A program made the position numbers and the translations under genes. From positions 76,927 to 140,926 of the forward strand of contig NMRA01000578.1 in the NCBI GenBank assembly GCA_002633005.1: 64,000 bases of DNA, written 5' to 3'. This DNA is from Phoronis australis (lineage: Eukaryota; Animalia; Phoronida). Positions 26,827 through 39,700 of the stretch are shown piece after piece; position 1 is the first letter of the stretch; every line of letters begins with the position of its first letter. A model generated the notes under the pieces. It was not told the DNA's origin, made no database searches, and saw only the letters and a program-made list of their open reading frames with translations.

Positions 26827-29001
26827 TCATTCCTCCTTGCTGTCACCGCCCATCCTCCACTCAACACCATTGGTGCTCTTCGATGAATACTGCTCGTAAC
26901 ACGAGTCCACTTTGCCCCTGAATCCACTTAGGAAATTACAGCTTGCATTGAAGAACAAATAGGACAGGACAAGACAGCTGCTGAAGGCCACTGAGACAAT
27001 ACCGGTGAAGCAGAGCATTCCACCCAGAATGAGAAGGCCAAACAGAAGCAAGGAACCTGGAATCCAATGAAAGTAAAACAACGTTAGTTACCTTAACATT
27101 CACCAGGTGGCACAAGTCAACACTTGTCCAGCCTAAGAAATTGACATGTTCGCCTGGAATCCTTATTCTAATCCTTCACTTTTAGCACACAACATTGTGG
27201 ACAAGTGAAATTTTACATTGTCAATTTTGTAAATAGAAATAAAGATTAGTAAGAAAATTTTAGAACATAAGTAGCTTGGTTTGTGCTGAGCATATGTCCT
27301 AAAATAAAATTTGGATAAGTTTCTATTACTTGCCACAAGAAAACCAACTTTTGAAAAATAGGAAATGACAAGTTCGGCAATTACTTTTGTGAAAGATAGG
27401 TGAAGAATTACTGCAGCCCAAGCAATGAATATCATTCTCAGGAGACCTCACCACCATGTAAATGTCAACAGACCCTCCCATTATCAAGCAGTTTCAACTT
27501 CCACACAACAAATCTAGTGTAAAAGCAATCACCAGTCCCTTAAAATCTGAAAAGACACATTTTGTTTCATAAAGCAAATTTCTTTAATTCTAGAACCTAC
27601 GCTCAACAGAGTTCCTACAATAGACACTCGCATACAGTTAAAACTCATGATCAGCAACGAAGTAGTTAGTACAATTTCAAAATCCACATCCCAACTCAAA
27701 TTTGGACACCCTAGCTTGGGACAGCCTGTTCACCAATTGGACAGTAAACAAGTAAGCATCAGTGTCTATTTTCACTTGCTACCTACAGCACTAGGAGCTC
27801 ACTGTCTTGTCCAGAATAAAATAAAGTTGATTTAGAAATGAAGCAAGGTATGAAAAACTTCGCAGCAGAACAATGTCGCCACAGTACCACACCTCACTGT
27901 CACTAATTTGACTTAGTGCTTAAAAGCGTCATTGGTAATGGACGTCCTGAGAAATTAACAAACCCATCAGTGATTTATTGGCTGGGGGCCAAAAGCACAT
28001 TTACCCTTAGCCTGGAGCTGATAAAGTTTAAACTTTGGACCCAAAAATTTCTAAGTCAGGCACAGTGTACTGTGTGATAGAAAGACATATTTGTCCAGCT
28101 TTTGTTGAAGCTGGACAGATACGTCCTCCTATACTCGATATCAAATATGGTATCGTCCAATCAAGCGCCACATGATAATTGTTGTATGTTTGTTGCCGAC
28201 ATTGTGTCAAAGATCAAACTCTGATACTTATAGATAACTATACAATGATATTGAACCACACTTTTCATAAAAGATGGGGCCTTAGATACTTAATATTAAT
28301 TAAAGACCGTGGAGTGTCTAAAACAACAACCATGTTCACATTTCCAGCGTCAGTATGTACAGGACTCTAGTATTCGAGTGGTGGTTTCTGTCACAACCCT
28401 TCCACTTCTTTATTGTATTCTGTAATTTCTATTATTACACGTTTCAAATAAAGTGTTCTACTTATTGGCGCAGTAAACATATAGCTGTGCTTAAGCAAAA
28501 TGCCCACTATATGACTGCGTTTCCAAACAAAAAAACATCAAGCCAACTGAACACAAATTCTATTTGGTAATTTTTAAAAAATAAGTGCTCTTGTTGAAAA
28601 TTTTCAGACCACTGAAAAAATCTCCACTGATTTACAATTGATTTTCTTGAGATTCCCTCCATAATTTTAATCATCGACTTACACGAAATGACATTTTCAA
28701 AACTACTGTATCTACAGAGATTGTTTACAGTGAGGTCTACTTTACCTTCAAAGAAAATGAATCCTAAGAATGTTAATAGGACGGTGCTGATGACGAAACA
28801 CACGAATCCCATCACAGGAATGGAGCACATGGCAATGGCGACAAGGGCAAACAGAGTAGCTACCGGGTGTTCATAGGCATACTCTCGGGCTGTGAAGAAT
28901 TTCTCTCTCAGGCTGAACTGTTCATCTAGTTTATCCATCATCTGAACAAAGCTTTCCCAAAGCGACTCCACGCGGCTTCTCACTAGTCCTTCGGTATCCA
29001 T
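26827..29001 (-). CDS. LDAF1: Promethin / lipid droplet assembly factor 1 (TMEM159) homolog, 161 aa, 2 coding exons
   Basis: Exons 29001-28746 and 27056-26827 joined by a phase-1 GT-AG intron (486 nt). The protein ...YAYEHPVATLFALVAIAMCSIPVMGFVCFVISTVLLTFLGFIFFEGSLLLFGLLILGGMLCFTGIVSVAFSSCLVLSYLFF... matches the promethin pattern HP...S.P...F......EG with a long double-hairpin hydrophobic region. An in-frame TAA lies just upstream of the ATG. Confidence 0.85.
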
Positions 29002-29699
29002 GTTTTTACATTACTTGGATGCCTGAACGTAGAATGCAACAGATGTAGATTGAAGTTGTCTTTCTTCCTCCTTTCACATGTAGCGGACGTGGCTGGGCTG
29101 TAACAGCAAAATGAAAAAAGAAACTGTGTAGTTGAATTACAGTTTATGATGGGACCAAGAGCACGACATCTGGGATACACTTCAAATCATGAAACAAACC
29201 GCTTGAACTTGTCAGCTGAGCATGTAAGCAGCTTTTTGAGAAGAATTTTGTGATTTGACCGCGAATTATTTGCAAACTCGCTGGAGCAGGACACCGTAAA
29301 TATCAGAAGAAAGAACAATTGTTCATGGTTTGTTGAACCCATTTTGTGTAAATTTACTGAGTTGTGTGTTTGAGATGGACGGCTGAAGTGAACCATCCGT
29401 GGAATTCCTTGTCCCGAGTGTCATACCCTGTAGTATGTAAATATAGTGTATTGGGGACCATCAGAACAGAAGCTGAGGGTGCTTGACCTGTGGTCTAGAG
29501 CACAGCCACAACTACAGGCAACACGTAGCCCTCTGTTGGCCGGTTAGGGGCTACAATACTTCCCATCGCTTTCTGTACCAATGTCGTCCCGTGTATTTTA
29601 AATGGGCGGTAGGCCAAATCTGGCCACTGATTAGGAGTTTTTACCTCGTCAAAAATACATTCCACACTTAAAACTATCACTTAAAAAAGCGCTTACTTT

Positions 29700-30738
29700 C
29701 TTCATGCTGTGGTCCTTTCTACTTCTATACACATATCTTCGATGAAGCTATAGTTACAAGAACTAAGGTGACGTTGGCGAAGAATTCCAACTCCACTTTT
29801 TTGGTCACCGTTAACTTTTTCACCACGCGCGCGATAACCACAGAGTATTTCAACTGAGTCACACGAGCTAGGCAAAGTCTAGCGCGACACTGTCTTGCAA
29901 AATAGCGATATAGGAATAAAGGTATCAGGTGAAATTTGTAAAGATTTGTGTCCCTTGAACTTTTTATTCGGCAACATGCTTGATTTCACGTAACTTCCTC
30001 AGAGGTTGGGTGGTGTTTTTTTATCATTCTTCTATTTAGGGAGGGGAGGAATGTTGTGAATGTTGGTTTGTGTGGTCTCATCTTTCGTGTTGTCTCGTGT
30101 GTTCGTCCGTGGGTTGCCTTAAGTGGCTGGATGTTTAAGTTCTAGTATTGTCACGTGACTGGGGAATCAAGAGAGGTCTCTCTTCGTGTGGCCCTGCTGC
30201 ACGCAGGACGTCTGCGTTTGTGGATCTTCATCTCAAGCGTGTATTCAAGCTTTCATATGAGTAAAGGTAAGCTGCACGCGAACCTGTATTGAATTACAAC
30301 ATATGTTAATTATGACTCCATCTACATATATGCATGTTTCATTTTGATTTTATTTCCTTTATTTTGAAATTCGTAACTTTTTGTGGGGATGTACTATCGC
30401 CCCTGTATGCCTGCGCGACGGTCCAGGGCGATGTAATTGCGTATTTGCTAAGCCACGACTCACGACACAAGTATACATTCTTGCTAGGGAACCAGTTTCT
30501 ATGAATAATGAGCCAATTATCCAGTGATTGTCTTGCTCTCAAAAGTCGGGGACCACTTATTCGACTAGTGTCGATTAAGTCTCCAGTATTTCCACCAAAA
30601 GAGAAGGCATAAATACACTTACCACTCAAACACAAGAGGTGACGCGTGCAAAAGAAAGAATCAAAACAACTTCCGTGATGAGTTTGTGCTCTACGTCACA
30701 AAATATGTGCTCCGTTCTTGATGACACTGACTTCCAAC
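29700..30738. promoter_or_regulatory. Putative bidirectional promoter between LDAF1 and YARS2
   Basis: Head-to-head genes about 1 kb apart with locally more CpG. Palindromic E-box GTCACGTGAC at 30150-30159, ETS-like CTTCCG near 30670, CRE-like TACGTCA near 30692. Confidence 0.55.
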
Positions 30739-33700
30739 ATGTCTGCGCCCATCAGGTTAGTTTACGAAAACATGAACATTCTTTGCTAGCCATCTAGCTG
30801 TAGTTTTGTTTTCAGTGATAAGTTTACTTAAACACTGCTAAAAGCAAAACTTGTCATTTGTTAGTGCATCAAAACAGATCTACGTGTCTGCCCATGCATA
30901 AGTTTTTGCAATGCCGACATTCAANNNNNNNNNNNNNNNNNNNNNNNNNNNNNNNNNNNNNNNNNNNNNNNNNNNNNNNNNNNNNNNNNNNNNNNNNNNN
31001 NNNNNNNNNNNNNNNNNNNNNNNNNNNNNNNNNNNNNNNNNNNNNNNNNNNNNNNNNNNNNNNNNNNNNNNNNNNNNNNNNNNNNNNNNNNNNNNNNNNN
31101 NNNNNNNNNNNNNNNNNNNNNNNNNNNNNNNNNNNNNNNNNNNNNNNNNNNNNNNNNNNNNNNNNNNNNNNNNNNNNNNNNNNNNNNNNNNNNNNNNNNN
31201 NNNNNNNNNNNNNNNNNNNNNNNNNNNNNNNNNNNNNNNNNNNNNNNNNNNNNNNNNNNNNNNNNNNNNNNNNNNNNNNNNNNNNNGCATCTAAACTACA
31301 TCCTGTCCAAATTTCATGTTTGTATTTGAGAGTATAGTGCTCTTTTGGATAGGAGGAACAAGAGGTACTTTTTCGAAAGTTGATCGCACGGCGGAAAATC
31401 GTGCGCTAAAAAAAGCTTACAGAAAATGATTTATCAGCGATAATTTGAGACAAAAAGATTACAAACTTATAAATAAAGACTAAGGTAACGATTTATAACA
31501 CAAAATTATCTTATAGTTAACTTTGAAGTCTGAAATCGGGTAATTTACCGACGTGGGTTTTACACGGAGGCAGATATGGGGCACCGTGACCTACTTTTTG
31601 ATTGTCCTCCCTAGTACAATGGATTGAAGAACAGGGAAAAACAGAGATTGGCCGTTCAATCTCGTAGGACTCAAAACTGATGAACGCAGTCACTCCACAA
31701 ACATAATTGTAGAATGATGTTCCATCATCATTCTGTTCAGGGCAGCAATCAAATTTAATTATTTAATCAGTCTAGAAAGAATTTATTTTTTTAATATTAA
31801 CTTTGTGCAAGATTTTGTTTTGTTTAGTTTTTATTCAGATCAGCGGGTAACTTGGTACTGGTGAATCTTTAACACTGGCACTCAACTAAGTTGAGACCCA
31901 TGACAGTGGTGGATTTAGAGGGGGCCATGGCCCCCCCCCCCCTAAAATTCTCCCAGATTGCATCAGGCTGTTCGGGGGTGCGAATGTCTGATGGGCAAAA
32001 TCCTGGCTAATATTCTGCACTGCCCCCCTAACTCAAAATCCTGGATCCACCCCTGCATGAAACCTTGACATGTACGTAAGGCTTCCCCGAGTGGCAGATG
32101 GAGTGGGTGCCAGCCTGGTGGTAGTGGATCCAGAACACAGGGAAGGCAAATGATCCAGGACACAAAGTAGCATTGCTGAGTGCAAATTCCAGGACGCAAA
32201 AATTGTTGATGAGATCTGTAGCCAGGGGCCATGCTTGCTTTTAAGAAGATCGTTTATTTTTATGACATTAATTTTGTGTCAACTTTATTTTACCTTTTTG
32301 CCCTCATCTTTCCGAAATTGTGTGTTGCAGTATTGTAGGAAGGCTTTGGATGACAGCCTCTAGCAGCCAGCTAACCTTAGTACGTAACTGTATAAATATA
32401 TAGATTTGGAAAGATGTGGGTAAAAACTAGTGAAGTGAAATTTGACTTACATTTAAGGTCATTAAAAACTGAAGTCTTCCATGAGTAAAGCTTATAGGTT
32501 ACTGGTACAAAGAATATCGTAATATCAAATAGTTTGTTGCTAAATTTTTGGACCGATAAGATGCATCGCCTATCAATGCCATAAAATAGAATGCCACTTG
32601 TTGGCCAATTTCTTTTATCACTGATTCTTTAATCAACTGTCCTTCTTTCAACAGGCTGTCTACAGTTAACAACAAACCATTGGAACTACATTCACTTTGT
32701 TATAAGGTTTTATCATTTTATTTTCAGCAAACCAAAATTCTGAGCAAGTTTTGCTTCCTATGAAGTTGTCTGTACCCTCCCATCCTGTAACTGTTAAGGT
32801 CTCACTGCACTTACTTTGTTATGACACATACTAGTATAGTTTCAAAAGTTACTGACCGGCATGACGGAATGGCTTTATTTTCTCGAATATATGACATGTA
32901 AGTCACTACGTCAGACAGCAATGCTAACATTTTGACTGGCTTGCCATGGTAAGACCCAGCAACTTAGTAACAACTACAGAGTAATTACAATGGCAACATT
33001 CTTTTTTCTCTCAGTGCAAATAATTCTGCATTCTGCATAAAAAATTCTAATGCTTGCAAACAGAAGTTTTTCCATGGAGCAGGGGCACCACCTGGAGTTT
33101 GTCCTCAATGGCAGATCTTACCAAGCCCATAATGACTTCTGATCTAGGTAGTTGTTTTTTAATAGAAGGTTTAACGAGTATCGCCTTTGATTGTTCTAGG
33201 CACTTACGACATCCGCTTAGAGTATGTGTTGGGTACTCTCTGAAAAGATTCTTCTCCAACAGGAACATTCTTACTCTACATGACAGAGGTCTTCTTCAGA
33301 ACGTATTTCCTGATAAAAGGTAACATTGTATGGTCTTTTTTGCTTCAGCTATGAAACATTGTTCTTTTCTAATTTTTTGAAGGATGTTGAATGTTTTATT
33401 CGCTCATTTGATATCTTAGTGAAGTACTCAGAATTTGATTATAATCTAGTAGGCGTAAATGCTAAGTGCAGGCAGCAGGCGAATACCTCAAATAGTACTT
33501 GGCTTTGAGAAAAAAACGTGTTTGCCAGATCAAGATGGACGGACTGAAGCCACGATTCGGTAAGACAAAGAAAAGAAAAACAAGGATTTTTCAGCCATAA
33601 AAGCCAATGCTTTTTCGTCACAAGAGCATAAGGGAAGGAGGTGTCAGGTGGGGGCAGGTGTCCATGGGCCGCTTTTGAGTTGTTTTTGTTCGTCGGACTC

Positions 33701-36700
33701 AAAGCCAACATCCAGGCTTAGTGTTAGTGTTATTATATAGATAACCTAGATATTTTATTATCTGGTATGACATTAAGTGGACTCCATTGTGTGTATCACC
33801 GGCAACTCGCCATTCTTGTTTTCTCTGCCAGCTCGCCAGACCTGCTGCGACAGTTGGTGGCCTCACCTCAGTGCATGTACTGTGGGTTTGACCCGACTGC
33901 AGACAGTCTGCATGTGGGTAATCTGCTAAGCATCATGGTCTTACTCCACTGCCAACGAGCTGGCCATCATCCTATAGCCTTGGTAAGTGTTTGATTGGTT
34001 CCTCGCATTTCTTGACATACGTTTAAGAAACAATAAACACAAACCTGTCAAAAACCATATTTCATCTACTATAAAATCGGTCTCATTTTGTTCCTTACTC
34101 GAACTGCTACAGGCATTAGAAAAATTGACATGATGGTATTGGTCCAGACCAGGCTCATTACATTGCCTGTCACACTGGGTTAGTTTCAATTGCCCGTGGC
34201 AGCAAGGCCGTTATGGGAATTCCATTTTATTTCTGTTAACTAATTTCAATTCAAACAAAGGATAGGAATCTTATGACGTTGCTTTTGAGAAAATGAATAA
34301 AGTTGTTGTTTTAACACAAGAACACGGTTTGTATCAGCTTTTGATATGTGCCAAAGGTAAACAGTGAGTGTCTAGGCTGCACTTTCACCAGATATAGATT
34401 ATGTTGAAAATTCATTCTTCGACAGGAAAACAAATGTGTCATTCTTACATACAAGTTCTTGTTCTTGTTATTTCAGATTGGTGGAGCCACTGGTATGATC
34501 GGTGACCCTAGTGGTCGTTCAAAGGATCGTGATGCAGTGAGCTTAGAGCAAGTCAACCATAACGTGCAGTCAATACACAGTAGTCTAGAACGAATTTTTA
34601 CCAATCACGAGCGATTTCTGTGGAAAACTAATAAGTCACTGCCAGGAGTTAGGTACGGAGAATCTGTTTAAACCATTCTGGTAGGAAGTTGAGTGAAAGT
34701 CCACGTATATGCGTGTATTGAGGCTGATACATCCATATTACAAATCATGCATTAATTTTTTTATTAAAATAACATTTGTTCAGTATCATTATCACATCTG
34801 TCAGATGATTTATACAGTCACCTTATTCACATAGTCACCATTTTAAAAGTGAGTTTCTTTTTTTAGGTTTTAAAAACAATGTATTATGTGCTTAATCACA
34901 GCGCAAAGCGTGATTTTTTTTGCGTGCCTTGTTATATTTATGTCTCAAATGCATAGTTTTTAAACCTAAAAAGTTGTCACATTCAGTTAAAAAGAAAATC
35001 TGTCAGTTCATTTTTGTGTGCAATACCTGATTTGTAATTAGAGAATCAACTTTCACTAGATAGTGCTACTGAAATGTGAATCCTCTTGTTGTTAAGGGCT
35101 AGACTGAGTCAAAGCAGAGCTTTTCTCCTGCATGGGTGTGTGCACGGAATATGGTTCCCTCTCTTGGTACTACTTAAACGCAGACATTTATACACTGGGT
35201 GGACTGTAGTCTGACTTGAGCTCCCCATTGGGCTCATTTCCTGAAGCATTCTTGTTCGCTTTTATTTCTGAATCCTTTTCAACGGTTTATAATTGCAGGA
35301 TATTGAACAATGCCGAATGGTACAAGAACAGAAACGTTATTGAGTTCTTGTCGAATGTTGGCCGTCATTTTCGTATGTCAGATATGCTGGGAAGACACAG
35401 GTGAGTATCACTGGTCTCAAAATGTTACTTAAAATCCCTTGTCTGATGCTTTTGTTGTCTTCTACACTATACTCCTATTTGATTGTTGTATTATACAGAT
35501 GGTGATTGTCTTCATCCTGTAGTCCTATTAATGAGATATTGTATGACCTTGTTGATATCTCGAACATTAGCATTGCTGAATGGGAGTCGGTCATGGTTCA
35601 CCTCACTGCGTAGTATTGGTGATGCATCATATGATCTGTTCACGCAATTCCACTTGGTCCCTTGTCTAGCAAATTCGAATATGCCACTCTCGCACTAACC
35701 ACTTGCCAGGTCGCCATTGGTGAATGCTGAAGTTGGACTGGCAATGGTAATGCCTGCTTGGGAATGCTTCGTAACTTGTCCATAAATTAATTTCCAAAAT
35801 GTTCTCATGTGTTGGCTTCCAATCAGCATGATTCAAACCCGAGCAATATCTGCATGATTGTTTTGCTTCCAATGCCTAAAAATAGTTACCAATTGGCAAG
35901 CATAGGTCCCATCTAATGAGTACACTCCCCTTGAAAGTCTTGTGTCATGATTAAATTACGTCTTTAACTCTGCTTTGTGTAGGAAGTGGTTTAGTGGCCG
36001 TGGCAATGCAGCAAATTTTTGCAGAATATCTATTGTTGTGTCATGTTTATTCCGTAATATTATGTAATATTACGATAATTAACAATACCCATGTAGTTTG
36101 TAATAGTCATGCATTCAGTTGTCCCTGGTACCAACAGTTGAACAAACAACTGATACACATCTCTTGTTGGAGGAAAAATCTGATTTGGAAAACGACAATT
36201 ACATCCAGCAAATCTCATGGTAAAGTGATGGAAAAACAGAACACTAAGCCAATGAGCTGTAACCAAGTGTTGTTTGAAAAATAGAATTTTGCTGTTTGAA
36301 AATGTGGTGTAATAACAATTTGTGTTTTCAGTGTGAAGAGCCGGCTGAACTCATCAGAAGGAATGTGTTTTACCGAGTTTACCTACCAGATATTCCAGGC
36401 TTACGACTGGCTTCACTTGTACAACAACTATGGGTGCTTAATACAGGTTACGCTACTCACTTTTAGGACAATTTAATCGTAGACGAATAGGAAATGGTCA
36501 ACTTCAGTTTAAACATTTCTTCTGGAAATAATTGTTCTTAAAACGACTCTTCTATGTGAACTGGTAATTCTGTCCAGTCACTAAACCCAACTGTTTCCAG
36601 TCCGCCAAATGACCCTCGTGTCATCAACTGTAATTTCTTCCCAAGCCCACAAGTCATTTCTAATCTGAGTGAAAAACAAGTCGAGACGAAAGTTATGAAT

Positions 36701-39700
36701 ACACAGGTCTTGGAATTTTCCTCTTCAAAGGATTTCCTCTTTTTGGTTTGGATTTCCTCTTGTTTGATTTCCAGTTTCCTCTTTTTAGTCTCTTTTTGGT
36801 CAATATTTTGACATTGATCAGGCAAAAATGTTTATTTCAGTTAAAATTTACAACAAAAGACTAGCCTATTTATTTGTGGAACCATACATCACCTGGAAAA
36901 TTTTCCTCGTTTTTGTCATTGGTCATTCCAAGCCCTGAATACAATAAATGGTCTTAGCCTTAGCCATCTTTGATAGAAGGTGGGTACAGAGCAGCTTTAT
37001 AGGTGCCTTGTATTGTCAGTGATTTTCCTGGACCGCGTCTTTGAGCTATTAGCGCATAAAAAATAAAAAAGCATACTTTTTATCATCAGGTGCGCCTAAA
37101 GCTCCCAGGTTCAAATTTGGTCAGGGATATCCCTGTTAGACACGAACATGAACCTGTTGTTATTTTTATTGCACTTGGGTTTTTTATTTCATATGTCACC
37201 ACTTTAATTTCACTAAGTCTGCTGGGCAAACTTTTTTGAAAAGAGGCACGCCTTTTATCATCAGGTGCGCCCAAAGGGCACAGGTTCAAACGTGATCAGA
37301 AATATCCCTGCATTGTAGACTTGTGTGAAATCCAGTCATCTTTTTATAGCCTGTCTTAAATTTCGTTTAGACAAAACTGATCCTGCTGCTGCTTAGCCAT
37401 TACTTTTTTCATGGTATTTTGAACAATTCCTGTTCTCCTTGTAGATAGGTGGTGGCGATCAAATGGGAAACATTTTGACAGGCCATGATCTGATACAGAG
37501 GTTGAAACGGAAACAAGCGTTTGGCAAGTACCATCCACTCTTCATATCTTTGCAGTTAGACCACCTAGTTTAGCCCAGTGAACTGCGTAGCAAAAGTTAT
37601 ACAATACAAGACAAAAGTAATCAGACAACCACGATGTCCCCGTCATGATGGCTAATTGTGTTTACAGAAATGACCGGTAATGACTGTTATGGTAGCAAAT
37701 GGCTTAGTTATCTTACTGACTTCTTTGTTAATTCTCCTCCATTCTTAGTCATGTTGTAACTAAAGGCTTATCTAACGATGAATTCAGCTTCCTCCTATCC
37801 ACGGGAATTCATGGTTATTTTGTCTGAATACTTTTGTCCTGTACTGTTGTATTGATTGCTTTCAAGCATTTCAACATACCATTGATTTCATCTGATCTTG
37901 GTCGTCACATCATGTTTTAAATTCATGTTTCAGTAAATTTGTTTTTACCTAAGAGGCATGGAATGCAAAAGCTCGTCAAAAATGTTTTTCAAACAATTCC
38001 TGACGAATGTACCATTTTGTTACCTTTACTACAGAGTTGTTCACTTTCCTCTGTGAGGGAATTTCCAGAAAAGAGTACATAATTCATAATTTTGGAAATA
38101 GGTGTGAATGAAAAACTCTGTAGTCACCACAGAGTTTCTAATCTCCCTCCTTTTTGTGATGAATGTGCACATGTGCTCACAGTCACTCGACAAACAGCTG
38201 ACTGACAAGATAATTATTAATGGCATAATATCATGTGTTATTGCACTCCGAATCCGAGGTCTTTTTTTTATTTATACCCCCGAAGGTTTTTTGAAATTTG
38301 AAGGTAAAAGTCATATGCTTTGACATCAACAGAACTTCAGATACTTTACGAACAAACTATAAAAATACCTGGTGAGCAGGTTGAATTTTGTTTCAGTGGC
38401 AGAGAACTACTTAGAATATTGCAATTTAGTCTCTTTATCGCATTCCAGACCTCTTGAAATTTAAGACGAGAAGCTACTGTACAGTAAGAATAGAGTGCAA
38501 AACTGCCCATGGTTGATATTAAGATTTAATCACAAAATCTTTGGACTTAATTTCTTTGGGAACAACACAAACTAAGTGTTTATAGTATGTTCCTGGAGAT
38601 GATTTTGTCCTTAAAACTTATTTATACTTACTTGTCGATGGTTGCTGGTGATCAGTGCAGTGAGCCCACCTGAGTGGCCTGTGCATGTCTGGTACAACGT
38701 ATATTAGACCACCTGCAGTTAATGTTTTTGTCGATGGCAAATTTTTGCATAACATTTCATGTATCAACACTTGCTGCTTGTAGGTTTAACTGTACCAATT
38801 TTAACCACGGCCTCTGGCCAAAAGCTTGGGAAAAGTTTAGACAACACTGTTTGGCTGAATGACGACAAGACATCAGCTTTTGAATTGTATCAGGTGAGAT
38901 TCTGCTTCAAGCAGTGTCATGGTTATTAGGACAATGTATGAGATTAAATCGCGTAATGCTAGAACATTTTTGCAACAAATGCTGCTGAGATGGCTGAGAT
39001 GGAGAGTGATGGCAGAAAACTAGGTCAAAATTTGACGCTAGGAAGAAGTTGACTGCAGCTGTGTGATCAGTTAATGTGTGTCATGTTTGAAGTTATTATT
39101 TATATCCAAAAAACATTGAACCCCGCTTTAGCCTGTAGACAGATTTTCATTGCCACAGGTTTTTTTAAAGCAGAATTAAACCTGTGTTCATTCAAAGAAA
39201 TCCTGCAGCTTTTGATATAGACTACTTGATTGTGTGTGTCGTGTTTGAAGATGGTGTTTATGTCCTTAGGGTTACTTAAAAGCACACTAAACCCCATTCT
39301 GGCCTATAGACAGATATTATCTGCTTCTAAATTATTTAAAGTGGTAATTAAACTGTGTTGGTGGAGGAAAACTGTTTTTGATATGGGCCATGAGTACCGT
39401 TATAAAATTGGTTTGAATTTGTTTTTTACTGAGATGGGAAGGTATTTTTGGTCTTGCATAGAATTGACAATTCGTCATTGCTCGAGACTATGCTCAACAA
39501 ATAAAATGACATGCTGTGACCAATCAGCTTGTAGAGCCTCGTCTTGAGCGCTAACAAGCTTTTAGTTCTTTCCAAGCACAGAAATTGCTACTATTTTGAG
39601 TGAGGAAATTTTTGAGAACAATTTCATAACAGTTAGTGATCTAAATCAAACTACTTTTATCTCGAAAGGCAGCTTTATAGCCATATTATGCCTTTGAAAC

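Noticed and set aside
30858-31337. ORFs of 127-159 aa
   Set aside because: Artefacts of the N gap.
33054-33199. In-frame upstream extension as the YARS2 N-terminus
   Set aside because: It is acidic and not presequence-like. A good acceptor at 33199 and the phase-matched MSAPI exon explain the start better.
37060-37290. Hammerhead ribozymes at the two minus-strand CTGATGA motifs
   Set aside because: A hairpin follows each motif, but there is no GAAA or cleavage triplet.
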